Part shown: positions 9,793 to 18,313 of the stretch, in pieces
Position numbering within the stretch: the stretch's first letter is position 1
Layout: the number at the start of each line of letters is the position of its first letter
Source of the DNA: an uncultured Actinomycetes bacterium
Lineage (GTDB): Bacteria > Actinomycetota > UBA4738 > HRBIN12
DNA: 64,000 nt
Assembly: GCA_963704725.1 (NCBI GenBank)
Contig: OY969934.1
Location: forward strand, 1,088,001 to 1,152,000
Reading direction: 5' to 3'
Notes under the pieces: generated by a model
What the model was told of the DNA's origin: nothing
Databases searched by the model: none
Seen by the model: only the letters and a program-made list of their open reading frames with translations
Position numbers and translations under genes: made by a program

Positions 9793-10316
9793 CGCTCCTC
9801 GCTCCTCACGATCGTTCGAAGGGTCTCCATGCCGCGCGACACGAGCGACCGCGCCGCCGGGATCGAGCACCGCATCGCGCCGGCGACCTCCTGCTCCGGA
9901 AGGTCCGCGTAGTACCGCAGGACGATGGCCGTGCGCTGCCGGGTCGGGAGGCGCCGAAGGGCCAGACGGAGCTCGTCACGGTCGCCGAGCTCGGGCGGCG
10001 CCTCCGGGCGGTCGGGGCGCGCCGACTCCCGCTCCAGGTAGGCCCGCTCCACCCGACGCCGCCGGAAGTGCGACATGCACAGGTTGACGACCGTGCGCCG
10101 CAGATAGACATCGAACGCGTCCGGGTAGCGCAGGTGCCGGAACCGACCCGCGACTCGCGCGAACGCCTCCTGCGCCAGGTCGCGGGCGAGCTCCCGATCC
10201 TGCGTGATCAGGTAGGCAAGCCGGACCGCTTCCGCGGCATGCCGCGCGTAGAGCTCCTCGAGGCGGCCGGCCTGCCGTTCGGCTCTCTCGGTCACCGTCG
10301 AATCCACCATATCCAC
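9789..10316 (-). CDS. ECF (SigE-like) RNA polymerase sigma factor
   Basis: sigma2 'ARDLAQEAF..YLRRTVVN' and sigma4 'LPTRQRTAIVLRYYADLPEQEVA'; SD CAGGAGG. Confidence 0.92.
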   Translation of the reverse strand: MDMVDSTVTERAERQAGRLEELYARHAAEAVRLAYLITQDRELARDLAQEAFARVAGRFRHLRYPDAFDVYLRRTVVNLCMSHFRRRRVERAYLERESARPDRPEAPPELGDRDELRLALRRLPTRQRTAIVLRYYADLPEQEVAGAMRCSIPAARSLVSRGMETLRTIVRSEER

Positions 10317-10442
10317 CTGCGCCCTCCTGAGAAGGAGACGCGCGAGGGGCCGGGTTCATCGCGGTGGATCCGTCGGATCGCTCCCTCCGGGCCCATCGCC
10401 GCAGCGTGTTGGTACCATGCCCGCCCGGAGGTCGAGAACGCC

Positions 10443-11114
10443 ATGGCAGAGCAGAAGCTGGTCGGCGAGAAGCGCGAGGGAACCGGCAAGAGCGTCACCC
10501 GCAAGCTGCGGGCGGCCGGGCGGGTCCCGGCGGTGCTCTACGGGCACGGCATGGAGCCCGTCTCGCTCTCGGTCGACTCTCGCGAGCTCCTGCACCTGTT
10601 CCACACCGGCGCGGGCACCAACGTGCTCGTCGACCTCGTTGTGGACGGCGACGCCCATCTGGCGATGGCCCGCGAGATCCAGCGGGACCACATCAAGGGT
10701 AGGTTCGTTCACGTCGACTTCCTGGCCGTCTCCCGCGACGTGCGGATCACGATCTCCGTGCCCGTGCGCGTCGTCGGCGAGTCCGTGGGCGTCAAGGCCG
10801 GCGGCGTCCTCGAGCACCACCTGTGGGAGCTCCAGGTCGAGTGCCTCCCTACCGACGTGCCCGAGGCGATCGAGGCCGACGTCTCGGCGCTCGAGATCGG
10901 TTCCTCCCTGAAGGTGGGCGACCTGGTCGTCCCCGCGGGCGCCACGATCCTGACCGCGCCGGAGGAGTCCGTGGTCGCGGTGCAGCAGCCGCAGGCCCGC
11001 GTCGAGCTCGAGGAGGCCGAGGCCGAGGCCGCGGAGGGCGAGGCCGCCGAGGAGGGCGCCGAGGGCGCCGCCGCCGAGGAGGCCGAGGGCGCCCCCGAGC
11101 CGTCCGAGAGCTAG
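10443..11114 (+). CDS. rplY: 50S ribosomal protein L25 (Ctc form)
   Basis: GKSVTRKLRAAGRVPAVLYGHG, HVDF, GVKAGG, acidic tail. Confidence 0.95.
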   Translation: MAEQKLVGEKREGTGKSVTRKLRAAGRVPAVLYGHGMEPVSLSVDSRELLHLFHTGAGTNVLVDLVVDGDAHLAMAREIQRDHIKGRFVHVDFLAVSRDVRITISVPVRVVGESVGVKAGGVLEHHLWELQVECLPTDVPEAIEADVSALEIGSSLKVGDLVVPAGATILTAPEESVVAVQQPQARVELEEAEAEAAEGEAAEEGAEGAAAEEAEGAPEPSES

Positions 11115-11129
11115 CGCCACCGAGACCTC

Positions 11130-11711
11130 ATGACCTGGCTCGTGGCCGGGCTCGGGAACCCGGGCCCGCGTTTCGCGAAGAACCGCCACAACCTCGGCTA
11201 CCGGGTCGTCGACGAGCTCGCGTCGCGATCGGGCGAGCGGTTCCGCAAGGCCCGGTTCGTCCCCGCCGACGTGTGCGAGCTCCAGGAGGCCGGCGAGCGC
11301 GTCCTGCTCGCCAAGGCCCACGCGTTCATGAACGAGAACGGCCCTGCGTTCGCCTCGCTCGCCGCAAAGCATCACGTCGATCCGGATCACGTGATCGCCG
11401 TCCACGACGAGATCGACCTCGCCTTCGGGGCCATCCGGGTGAAGTTCGGAGGCTCGACGGCGGGTCACAACGGCGTCAAGTCGTTGGCCGCGGCACTGCG
11501 GACGAAGGACTTCTCTCGCGTCCGGCTCGGGGTCGGCCGCCCCCAGGGGCGTCGCGATCCGGTCGACTGGGTCCTGGAGGACTTCGGAAAACGGGAGGCG
11601 GCCGATGTCGCGATCCTCGTCGACGACGGCGCCGACGCCGTCCTGTCGCTCGTCCGGGAGGGATTGCAACCGACGCAGGACCGCTTCAACCGATCGGGTC
11701 CCCGCGCCTGA
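11130..11711 (+). CDS. pth: Peptidyl-tRNA hydrolase
   Basis: LVAGLGNPG, NRHNLG, FMNENG, HDEIDL, GHNGVKS. Confidence 0.96.
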   Translation: MTWLVAGLGNPGPRFAKNRHNLGYRVVDELASRSGERFRKARFVPADVCELQEAGERVLLAKAHAFMNENGPAFASLAAKHHVDPDHVIAVHDEIDLAFGAIRVKFGGSTAGHNGVKSLAAALRTKDFSRVRLGVGRPQGRRDPVDWVLEDFGKREAADVAILVDDGADAVLSLVREGLQPTQDRFNRSGPRA

Positions 11712-11891
11712 GAAGCGTGCCTGGCATCCCCCGGACGGGGTTGCAGAGCCGACGTTCGGCGTACGACGGCATCACCCGCCGATCGGGTGCAACCCCTAAC
11801 CGGGGCGGCCTACGGCGGAGTGGATTCATCGACCGACGCCCGATGTGGTGCGCTGCGGTAAACCCGATACTCCGTTCAGGAGGTGAGGTCG

Positions 11892-11981
11892 ATGCGAGCG
11901 AGGGTCATTCGCATTCTGTACTCCACCGCCGCCATGGCCACGCTCCTGTTGGCCGCGGGTGCGAAATGGAAGGCTAACTGA
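11892..11981 (+). CDS. Small peptide A, 29 aa: MRARVIRILYSTAAMATLLLAAGAKWKAN (putative signal precursor)
   Basis: AGGAGGT SD at 11878-11884; basic N-terminus, hydrophobic core, AGA site, WKA tail; below the ORF-track size cutoff. Confidence 0.8.
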   Translation: MRARVIRILYSTAAMATLLLAAGAKWKAN

Positions 11982-12013
11982 GCCAGCGGGCTCGACCGAG
12001 AAGGAGGTGTTCG

Positions 12014-12097
12014 ATGCGTCTTCGCAGGATCATCCACTCCCTCGGCTGGCTGGCCGCTCTCGTGATGGCGGTGTCTGCCGGCTGGAAGGCCTGGTAG
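12014..12097 (+). CDS. Small peptide B, 27 aa: MRLRRIIHSLGWLAALVMAVSAGWKAW (putative signal precursor)
   Basis: AAGGAGGT SD at 12001-12008; same architecture and WKA tail as peptide A. Confidence 0.8.
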   Translation: MRLRRIIHSLGWLAALVMAVSAGWKAW

Positions 12098-12116
12098 CAG
12101 TACTTCGTACGTGAAC

Positions 12117-12144
12117 GCCCCCGGCTCGGCGCCGAGCCGGGGGC
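12117..12144 (+). terminator. Perfect 28-bp palindrome after the peptide genes (terminator/attenuator or mRNA stabiliser)
   Basis: GCCCCCGGCTCGGC|GCCGAGCCGGGGGC; no U-tract. Confidence 0.6.
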
Positions 12145-12208
12145 CACTGCCGGTCGGGAGGTGCGAGTACGATTCCGCGCCCGATCGGAATCCTCGCTCA
12201 CTCCCCGC

Positions 12209-12784
12209 ATGACGATCGTTCTCGGCACGTTGATCCTCGCGGCGCTCGTCGGCCTCGTGGCGGGCGGGCGGATCGCACATCTCGCGACCCTCCGCATCCG
12301 GTGGGTGCCGGTCGCGGGAATCGCGCTGATCCTCCAGGTCGTTCCCACCTCGAGCCGTGACCGCTCGCTCACGCTGCTGCTGCTCTCGTTCGGACTGCTC
12401 GTCGTTTTCGCGGTCCGCAACCTCCAGGGTCCCCGGGCGTTCCGCCTGATCTTGATCGGCATCCTGCTCAACCTCACCGTGATCGCCCTGAACGGCGGGA
12501 TGCCCGTGACGCGCGAGGCGCTCGGGCGGTCGGGTCAGGACGACACCCTCGCGGCGCTCGTTCAGGCAGGAGCCAAGCACCACCTCGCCGGGCCGGACGA
12601 CCAGGCGGTGTTCCTGGCGGACGCGATCCCCATCGCTCCGCTCCACCAGATCGTGAGCGCGGGCGACCTGTTCACGTACGCCGGCGTCGCGTGGCTCGTG
12701 ATCGCCGGCACGCTCGGGCGCGGGCGCGTGCGACCACGAGCGGCCGAGGTCGGCCTGGTCGGCCTGGAGGAAGCGAATGTCTGA
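12209..12784 (+). CDS. DUF5317-like integral membrane protein
   Basis: ~5 TM; 'GG..L..LRIRW', 'LNLTVIALNGGMPV', 'FLADAIPI', 'IVSAGD' motifs recalled for DUF5317. Confidence 0.75.
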   Translation: MTIVLGTLILAALVGLVAGGRIAHLATLRIRWVPVAGIALILQVVPTSSRDRSLTLLLLSFGLLVVFAVRNLQGPRAFRLILIGILLNLTVIALNGGMPVTREALGRSGQDDTLAALVQAGAKHHLAGPDDQAVFLADAIPIAPLHQIVSAGDLFTYAGVAWLVIAGTLGRGRVRPRAAEVGLVGLEEANV

Positions 12785-14864
12785 GTCGGCGATCCCCGGC
12801 GGGGGCGCAGGGCCCGAGCACGCGCCGACGTGGCGCAAGCAGGCCTACGAGCTCGGCGTCACGTTCGCGCTGATCGGGTGGCTCGCCCTCGGGTTCACGC
12901 ACTCGTTGCGCGCGATCGCGGACCCCTTGCTGCTCGAATGGATCGTGGCGATCCTCGTCGTCGACCTCCTGCCGGTCCCGACGACGATCGGCCTGCCGTT
13001 CAGTCTGAGCTTCCCGCTCCAACTCTCGGTCGCGTTGATCTACCCGCCGGCGGTTGCCGGTGCCGTGGTCTTCCTTGGGAGCACGGACATCCGCGAGTTC
13101 CAGGGCCAGGTTCGGCCGAGTACCGCGCTCTTCAATCGCGCCCAGATCGCCGGCTCGGTGGTTCTCGAGGGGTGGGTGTTCCATCGGCTCGCCTCGCTCT
13201 CCTCCCCGTGGTACGAGCTCGGGCCGGCGGTGCTCGTGGCCGGGATCCTCGGATACGCGGTCAACGCGCTGCTCGTCGCGGTCCACGTCCGGCTCAGCAC
13301 GGGCCGCTCGCTCGGCCCGATCCTGCGCGAGATGCACGTCGGCGTCTTCGGCGAGTTCATCCTCAGTTACATGGGGCTGGCGCTGTTCAGCGTGGTGGTG
13401 GCGACGACGTTCGTCCGTATCGGGCCGTGGTCGATCGCGGTGTTCATCGCTCCGCTCGCGTTCGCGCGGCAGATGTTCACGCGGACGCACTCCCTCGAGG
13501 AGGCCACGATCGAGCTCGACGCGAAGCAGCGCGAGAACGAGTTCCAGGCGCTCCACGACGCCCTCACCGGCCTGCCGAACCGATCGCTGTTCCTGCGCAC
13601 CCTGCACGATGCGATCGACGAGCCGGCGGGGCGGCCGCTCGCCGTCATGATCATCGACCTCGATCACTTCAAGGAGATCAACGACACGCTCGGTCATCAT
13701 GTCGGGGACCTGCTGCTGACCGAGATCGGGCCGCGGCTGTCGCCCGTGCTTCGCGCGGGCGACGTCATGGCCAGGATCGGAGGCGACGAGTTCGGCATCG
13801 TCCTTCCCGATCTGCCCCATCCGAGCGCGGCCGTGATGATCGCGGAACGGCTCATCGAGGAGCTCGAGCGCCCGCTCCCGGTCGAAGGACTCGCGCTCGA
13901 CATGTCGGGCAGCATCGGCATCGCGATGTACCCGGACGACAGCGACGACGTCGAGGCCTTGCTCCGCCGAGCCGACGTCGCGATGTATGCCGCGAAGGAG
14001 GCGGGGGGTGGCTACGAGCTCTACAAGCCGGAGTTCGATCAGCACAGCCGCCAGCGGCTGACGCTCGTCTCCCAGATCCGTCCCGGGCTCGAGAACCGGG
14101 AGTTCGTCGTGCACTACCAGCCGAAGGTGCATCTCGAGGACGGCCGGACGACCGGTGTCGAGGCGCTGATCCGGTGGAACCACCCCCAGCGGGGCCTGGT
14201 CGCCCCCGACGAGTTCATCCCGCTGCTGGAGCGGACGGTCCTGCTCCGGCCCATCACCCACTTCGTGCTGGAGGAGGCGATCCAGCAGGCGCACCGGTGG
14301 GGGCAGCGCGGGATCGAGCTCGGCGTCGCGGTCAACCTGTCCCCCCGGAGCCTCCTCGACCGCCAGCTCGCCGATCACGTGGCCGAGGTGCTGGGCCGGT
14401 GGCACGTGCCGGCGAGCGCGCTCACGCTCGAGCTCACGGAGAGCTTCCTGATGGAAGACTCCGGCCGGTCGATCGGCGTGCTGGCCACGCTGGCCGACGT
14501 GGGCGTGCGACTGTCGATCGACGACTTCGGCACGGGCTACTCGTCGCTCAGCCACCTGAAGCGGCTCCCCATCAACGAGATCAAGGTCGACTGCTCGTTC
14601 GTCAGTCACATGACCGAGGACGCGAACGACGAGATGATCGTGCGGGCCACGGTCGAGCTCGGCCGGAACCTCGGTCTCCAGGTGGTCGCCGAGGGTGTGG
14701 AGAACCGCGCCACGGCCGACCGCCTGGCCGAGATGGGATGCGACCTGGCGCAGGGCTTCTTCTTCAGCCGTCCGGTGCCGGCGGCCGAGCTCACCCGATC
14801 CCTGGAGACCGGTGTGATCCCCCACACCGGGGATCGTCCGAGGCCGCAGCTCCACGCGGTCTGA
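12777..14864 (+). CDS. Multi-TM sensor diguanylate cyclase/phosphodiesterase (GGDEF-EAL)
   Basis: ~240 aa hydrophobic N-terminus; HDALTGLPNR, RAGD I-site, GGDEF; EALIRW, DDFGTGYSS, EGVE; overlaps the DUF5317-like gene by 8 nt. Confidence 0.95.
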   Translation: MSESAIPGGGAGPEHAPTWRKQAYELGVTFALIGWLALGFTHSLRAIADPLLLEWIVAILVVDLLPVPTTIGLPFSLSFPLQLSVALIYPPAVAGAVVFLGSTDIREFQGQVRPSTALFNRAQIAGSVVLEGWVFHRLASLSSPWYELGPAVLVAGILGYAVNALLVAVHVRLSTGRSLGPILREMHVGVFGEFILSYMGLALFSVVVATTFVRIGPWSIAVFIAPLAFARQMFTRTHSLEEATIELDAKQRENEFQALHDALTGLPNRSLFLRTLHDAIDEPAGRPLAVMIIDLDHFKEINDTLGHHVGDLLLTEIGPRLSPVLRAGDVMARIGGDEFGIVLPDLPHPSAAVMIAERLIEELERPLPVEGLALDMSGSIGIAMYPDDSDDVEALLRRADVAMYAAKEAGGGYELYKPEFDQHSRQRLTLVSQIRPGLENREFVVHYQPKVHLEDGRTTGVEALIRWNHPQRGLVAPDEFIPLLERTVLLRPITHFVLEEAIQQAHRWGQRGIELGVAVNLSPRSLLDRQLADHVAEVLGRWHVPASALTLELTESFLMEDSGRSIGVLATLADVGVRLSIDDFGTGYSSLSHLKRLPINEIKVDCSFVSHMTEDANDEMIVRATVELGRNLGLQVVAEGVENRATADRLAEMGCDLAQGFFFSRPVPAAELTRSLETGVIPHTGDRPRPQLHAV

Positions 14865-14971
14865 CGTCGATCCCGCCTTCCGCCGGACCCGGGTAGAGTG
14901 ACCACAGGGCCCGTCGCGGCGCGACGAGGCCTCTTCGCGCTGTCCGGCGCAGCCGGGGAGAGGAACGGAGC

Positions 14972-17900
14972 ATGCTTGGGGAGCTGCTCGACGCGCTGAT
15001 CGGCTCGGACGGCTTCGAGGCGATGCTGACGGAGCGGGCCCGCCCGGTTCTCGCTCGCGCGGACGCTGGCGAGGACTTCGTGGTGTCGGCGCTCGCCCGG
15101 ACCCTCGAGGCGCCGGTGCTAGTGGTCGCTGCCGGACCGCGTGAGGCCGAGCCGCTCGTCCGCGGGTCCGAGGCGTGGCTCGGCCCGGACCGCACCGCCT
15201 ACCTGGCGCCCTGGGAGGCGCTGCCGTACGAGGGCATCGGACCGTCGCCCGAGGTGGCCGCCGGGCGGGCCCAGGCGATCCGCCGGCTCCGAGCGGCCGA
15301 CGGCGCGTTCGTGCTCGTCACGACGGGGCTCGCCGCGATGCAGGGGCTCGTCCCCACCCTCGGGACCGTCGAACCCATCGAGCTGGCGACCGGGACCGAG
15401 ATCGCGCCGCACGAGCTCGGAGACCGGCTCGTCGCGCTCGGATACGCCCGGACCGACGTCGTCGAGCGCCGCGGCGAGTTCGCCGTCCGCGGCGGCGTCC
15501 TCGACGTCTTCCCAGGCACGTCCCGTCGCCCGGTCCGGATCGAGTACTGGGGCGACGCGATCGAGTCCCTGCGCGAGTTCGCCGCCTCGTCACAGCTGTC
15601 GTCGGGACCGGTGCAGCGCGTCCTGGTCCCGCCGGTCCGGGAGCTCATCGTCGACGACGCGGTCCGGGCGCGCGCCGCCGAGCTCGCGCCCGGGCACCTC
15701 GACCGCTTCCGGGACGGCCTGCAGCGCATCGCCGATGGCCTGCACGTCGAGGGCGCGGAGTCGTTCGCGCCGCTCCTGTTCGGCGAGCTGCCGACGCCGG
15801 CCGAGCTGCTGCCAAAGGGGTCGTGGGTCGTCCTGTCGCAAGCCCGCCGGACCGCCGACCGCGCGCGGCAGGCGTTCGACGAGGCGGCCGCGCTGGCCGA
15901 GGCGATCCGGTGGCCCGGACCCGCGGCCATGGCGCCGCTGGACGAGGCCCTGGGCACCGCCACCCAACTCCATCTGACGGAGTTCACGGAGGGGATCGAC
16001 CTCCGGATCACGCACTGGGGCACGGCGCAGGGCAACCCCGCCGAGGTGGCCAAGCGGGCGGAGGAGCTGCGGGGCCGGGGGTACCGAGTGGTCGTCGCGG
16101 CCGGCGGGCGCGGGTCGCTGGAGCGGACCCGCGAGGTCCTCGGCTCGGCGGCCGAGGAGGCGATCGAGGCCCCGCTCGCGAGCGGGTTCGTGTGCGCCGC
16201 CGGCCGCCTCGCCGTCGCGACCGAGGAGGACGTGTTCGGGGCGCGGCGGCACACGCGGACGGCCCCACGGCTCACGTCGCGCCGACAGGACGCGATCGCC
16301 GAGGAGCTCGAGATCGGCGACTACGCGGTGCACCGGGTCCACGGCGTGGCCCGGTACGCCGGGATCCACCGCCGCGCCATCGGCGACGCCGAGCGCGACT
16401 ACATGGTCCTCGAGTACGCGCAGGGGGATCGGCTGAGCGTCCCCACAGACTCGGTGGGGATGGTGGCTCGCTACGTCGGGGGGGACGCGCCGAGGCTCTC
16501 CCGTCTCGGCTCGAGCGACTGGGCCCGAGCGACGGGGCGCGTCAAACGGGCGGTGAAGGACATGGCCGGGGAGTTGGTCCGGCTGTACTCGGTCCGGATG
16601 TCGGTGCAGGGTCACGCGTTCGGTCCCGACACGCCGTGGCAGACCGAGCTCGAGGACGCCTTCCCGCACGTCGAGACGGGCGACCAGGTCACGGCGATCG
16701 AGGAGGTCAAGACGGACATGGCGCGGCCCAAGCCCATGGACCGACTGATCTGCGGCGACGTCGGCTTCGGCAAGACGGAGATCGCCGTGCGGGCGGCGTT
16801 CAAGGCGGTGATGGACGGGATGCAGGTGGCGGTCCTGGTGCCGACGACGCTCCTCGCGGAGCAGCACTTCATCACCTTCTCCGAGCGCTTCGCGCCGTTC
16901 CCCGTGAAGGTGGCCATGCTGTCGCGGTTCGTCTCGAAGGCGGAGCAGGACCGGATCGTGGCGGACCTGAAGCGGGGCGCCGTCGACGTGGTCATCGGCA
17001 CGCACCGGCTGCTCTCGCGCGACATCGCGTTCAAGGATCTCGGCCTGCTGGTCGTCGACGAGGAGCAGCGGTTCGGCGTCGCGCACAAGGAGCGGCTGAA
17101 GCGGCTGCGCGCCCAGGTCGACGTGCTGACGATGACGGCCACGCCGATCCCCCGGACGCTCGAGATGGCCCTCACCGGCATCCGCGACATGTCGACCGTG
17201 GACACGCCGCCGGAGGACCGGCAGCCGGTCCTGACCTACGTCGGTCAGTACGACGAGGGGCTGGCGGTCGGCGCTGTCCGCCGCGAGCTCCTGCGCGAGG
17301 GTCAGGTGTTCTGGGTCCACAACCGCGTGGCGACGATCGACCGGCAGGCGGCGTGGCTCCAGCAGCAGGTGCCGGAGGCGAGGATCGTCATCGCCCACGG
17401 ACGGATGGACGAGGACGTCTTGGAGCGGCAGATGATGCGGTTCTGGGACCGAGACGCCGACGTGCTGGTGTGCACCGTGATCATCGAGTCCGGCCTCGAC
17501 GTGCCGAACGCGAACACGCTCGTCGTCGACTCGGCCCACCTGCTCGGGCTGGCCCAGATGTACCAGCTGCGGGGCCGCGTCGGGCGCTCGACCGAGCGCG
17601 CGTTCGCGTACTTCTTCTTCCCCCCGACGCGCGAGCTCACCGAGGAGGCGCACGAACGCCTCACCACGATCAGCCGACATCAGGCTCTGGGCAGCGGGTT
17701 CCAGATCGCGCTGCGGGACCTCGAGATCCGCGGCGCCGGCAACGTGCTCGGCGCCGAGCAGCACGGGCACATCGCGGCGGTGGGATTCGACACGTACGCC
17801 CGCCTGCTGCAGGAATCGGTGGCCGAGATGCGAGGCGAGCCGCTGCCCGAGCAGAAGGAGATCCGCATCGACCTGCCGGTGAAGGCGTTCGTCCCGCCCG

Positions 17901-18313
17901 GGTGGGTGGCGCAGGAGGCGCTCCGGCTCGACCTGTACCGGCGGATCGGCTCCGCGGCGGACCACGCCCGGCTGGCCGAGGTCCGTACGGAGACGATCGA
18001 TCGCTACGGGAGGCTCCCCGACGAGGTCGAGACGCTGTTCGCCGTGGCGTCGCTGCGGGTCACGTGCGACCGGCTCGGTGTGGAGGAGGTCACGACGTAT
18101 CGCCAACAGGTGCGCGTTCGCCCCGTCGAGCTCGAGCCCGCGCTCGAGATCGACCTGGCGCAGCGCGTCCCCGGCGCCACGTTCCACGCCACCACGCGAA
18201 CGCTGAACCTCGAGCCCGAGCGCGTCGCCGGGACCGAGCTGCCCGCGTGGGTCGAGGCCGGGATCCTGCGGGCGGCGGGGCTGGAGGAGGACGTTGCTAG
18301 GATGGCCGGGTGA
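14972..18313 (+). CDS. mfd: Transcription-repair coupling factor
   Basis: GEFAVRGG, VHRVHGV (RID), GDVGFGKTE, DEEQRFG, MTATPIPRTL, QLRGRVGRS, TRCF domain. Confidence 0.97.
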   Translation: MLGELLDALIGSDGFEAMLTERARPVLARADAGEDFVVSALARTLEAPVLVVAAGPREAEPLVRGSEAWLGPDRTAYLAPWEALPYEGIGPSPEVAAGRAQAIRRLRAADGAFVLVTTGLAAMQGLVPTLGTVEPIELATGTEIAPHELGDRLVALGYARTDVVERRGEFAVRGGVLDVFPGTSRRPVRIEYWGDAIESLREFAASSQLSSGPVQRVLVPPVRELIVDDAVRARAAELAPGHLDRFRDGLQRIADGLHVEGAESFAPLLFGELPTPAELLPKGSWVVLSQARRTADRARQAFDEAAALAEAIRWPGPAAMAPLDEALGTATQLHLTEFTEGIDLRITHWGTAQGNPAEVAKRAEELRGRGYRVVVAAGGRGSLERTREVLGSAAEEAIEAPLASGFVCAAGRLAVATEEDVFGARRHTRTAPRLTSRRQDAIAEELEIGDYAVHRVHGVARYAGIHRRAIGDAERDYMVLEYAQGDRLSVPTDSVGMVARYVGGDAPRLSRLGSSDWARATGRVKRAVKDMAGELVRLYSVRMSVQGHAFGPDTPWQTELEDAFPHVETGDQVTAIEEVKTDMARPKPMDRLICGDVGFGKTEIAVRAAFKAVMDGMQVAVLVPTTLLAEQHFITFSERFAPFPVKVAMLSRFVSKAEQDRIVADLKRGAVDVVIGTHRLLSRDIAFKDLGLLVVDEEQRFGVAHKERLKRLRAQVDVLTMTATPIPRTLEMALTGIRDMSTVDTPPEDRQPVLTYVGQYDEGLAVGAVRRELLREGQVFWVHNRVATIDRQAAWLQQQVPEARIVIAHGRMDEDVLERQMMRFWDRDADVLVCTVIIESGLDVPNANTLVVDSAHLLGLAQMYQLRGRVGRSTERAFAYFFFPPTRELTEEAHERLTTISRHQALGSGFQIALRDLEIRGAGNVLGAEQHGHIAAVGFDTYARLLQESVAEMRGEPLPEQKEIRIDLPVKAFVPPGWVAQEALRLDLYRRIGSAADHARLAEVRTETIDRYGRLPDEVETLFAVASLRVTCDRLGVEEVTTYRQQVRVRPVELEPALEIDLAQRVPGATFHATTRTLNLEPERVAGTELPAWVEAGILRAAGLEEDVARMAG

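Noticed and set aside
11892-12097. Peptides as RiPP precursors, lipoproteins or attenuator leaders
   Set aside because: No modifying enzymes nearby, no Cys at the lipobox position, and downstream genes are not amino-acid biosynthetic. A type I toxin role is not fully excluded, but I could not identify an antisense RNA
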